In this document: positions 63,403 through 64,000 of the stretch, one piece after another
Position numbering within the stretch: position 1 is the first letter of the stretch
How the letters are laid out: the number at the start of each line of letters is the position of its first letter
DNA from: Escherichia phage JLBYU28
Sequence record: OK272472.1
Strand: one strand, 5' to 3'
DNA: 64,000 nt
Made by a program: the position numbers and the translations under genes
The notes under the pieces: generated by a model
What the model was told of the DNA's origin: nothing
Seen by the model: only the letters and a program-made list of their open reading frames with translations
Database searches by the model: none

Positions 63403-63964
63403 CGGTGTGATAGCTATGGAAAAAGATAACTTAAAAGATGTTGAAGGTAACTACCTAGTACTTGACTGGAGTGATATTCGGGAAGCACTATCCGAAGAAA
63501 ATCTTGACATATTAAGACAACTTATCTTCTCAGTACGGCATAATAGAGAGACTGTAAATGGTAAAGAGCCACTTGAAGGAATCTTTGTAGATAAATCTTA
63601 TCCGTTCTATGAAGACACTTTACAGAAAGTTAAAATGTACTTCAGACAGAAGAACCGTAAAGTGGTCACGATGGTATCTCTTGGTGGACAGAGTATGTCT
63701 ATCATGGAAGATATCAATCCTAAGAGACCGAGTAAAGGTGTTTGTATAAAAATCACAGGTCATGAAGAGTACATCTCAGTGGAAGATTTTAGTGTATTCT
63801 GTAATGGTTCTGCTGTCTTTAATGGGTTTCACTATGATATCCGAGTATATCCAATCAAGGGAGATGCTGTCATGATGCAGATATTCGATAACAACAATGG
63901 ATTCACTCATTTTTATCAGACAACCAAGTCATCACTAAAAACAGTTTTAGAAAGTCTGATTTAA
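63371..63964 (+). CDS. Hypothetical protein
   Basis: 197-aa ORF followed by a terminator. Confidence 0.45.
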   Translation: MQFQLTKFYDNGVIAMEKDNLKDVEGNYLVLDWSDIREALSEENLDILRQLIFSVRHNRETVNGKEPLEGIFVDKSYPFYEDTLQKVKMYFRQKNRKVVTMVSLGGQSMSIMEDINPKRPSKGVCIKITGHEEYISVEDFSVFCNGSAVFNGFHYDIRVYPIKGDAVMMQIFDNNNGFTHFYQTTKSSLKTVLESLI

Positions 63965-63976
63965 AAATATCTTAAG

Positions 63977-64000
63977 AGCCTCCTTAATTGGGGGCTTTTT
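63977..64000 (+). terminator. Intrinsic terminator
   Basis: AGCCTCC-TTAATT-GGGGGCT followed by TTTT at the window edge. Confidence 0.55.

Overview
This window reads as about 64 kb of a virulent tailed-phage genome (roughly 40% GC, myovirus-type tail module); no rRNA or CRISPR array is present. All calls are from reading the sequence and ORF track by hand; no searches or folding programs were run. Layout: (1) a minus-strand nucleotide-metabolism and replication block at 269-15653 (nrdD, glutaredoxin-like, nrdB, nrdA, MazG-like, GIY-YIG endonuclease, 5' nuclease, SSB-like, primase-helicase, dNMP kinase); (2) a plus-strand block at 15911-25129 (family A DNA polymerase, HNH-AP2 endonuclease, ATP-dependent DNA ligase, DHFR, thymidylate synthase); (3) a minus-strand structural block at 25168-49060 (two tail fibres, baseplate, tape measure, tube, sheath, capsid, protease, portal, large terminase); (4) a minus-strand cluster of about 25 tRNA genes at 49284-54034 with two embedded protein genes and several structured non-coding elements; (5) a vWA-domain protein and a small basic protein at 54200-56069; (6) a plus-strand block at 56320-63964 containing a GH24 endolysin and an Ig-like repeat protein. 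The most notable observations are two compact ORF-less group I introns splitting the DNA polymerase and nrdD genes, and a set of covarying hairpin repeats, a 22-bp perfect inverted repeat and a tRNA-like fragment inside the tRNA cluster, next to a vWA protein whose architecture might be Ro60-like. tRNA boundaries and anticodons are hand-folded and approximate (about +/-4 nt).
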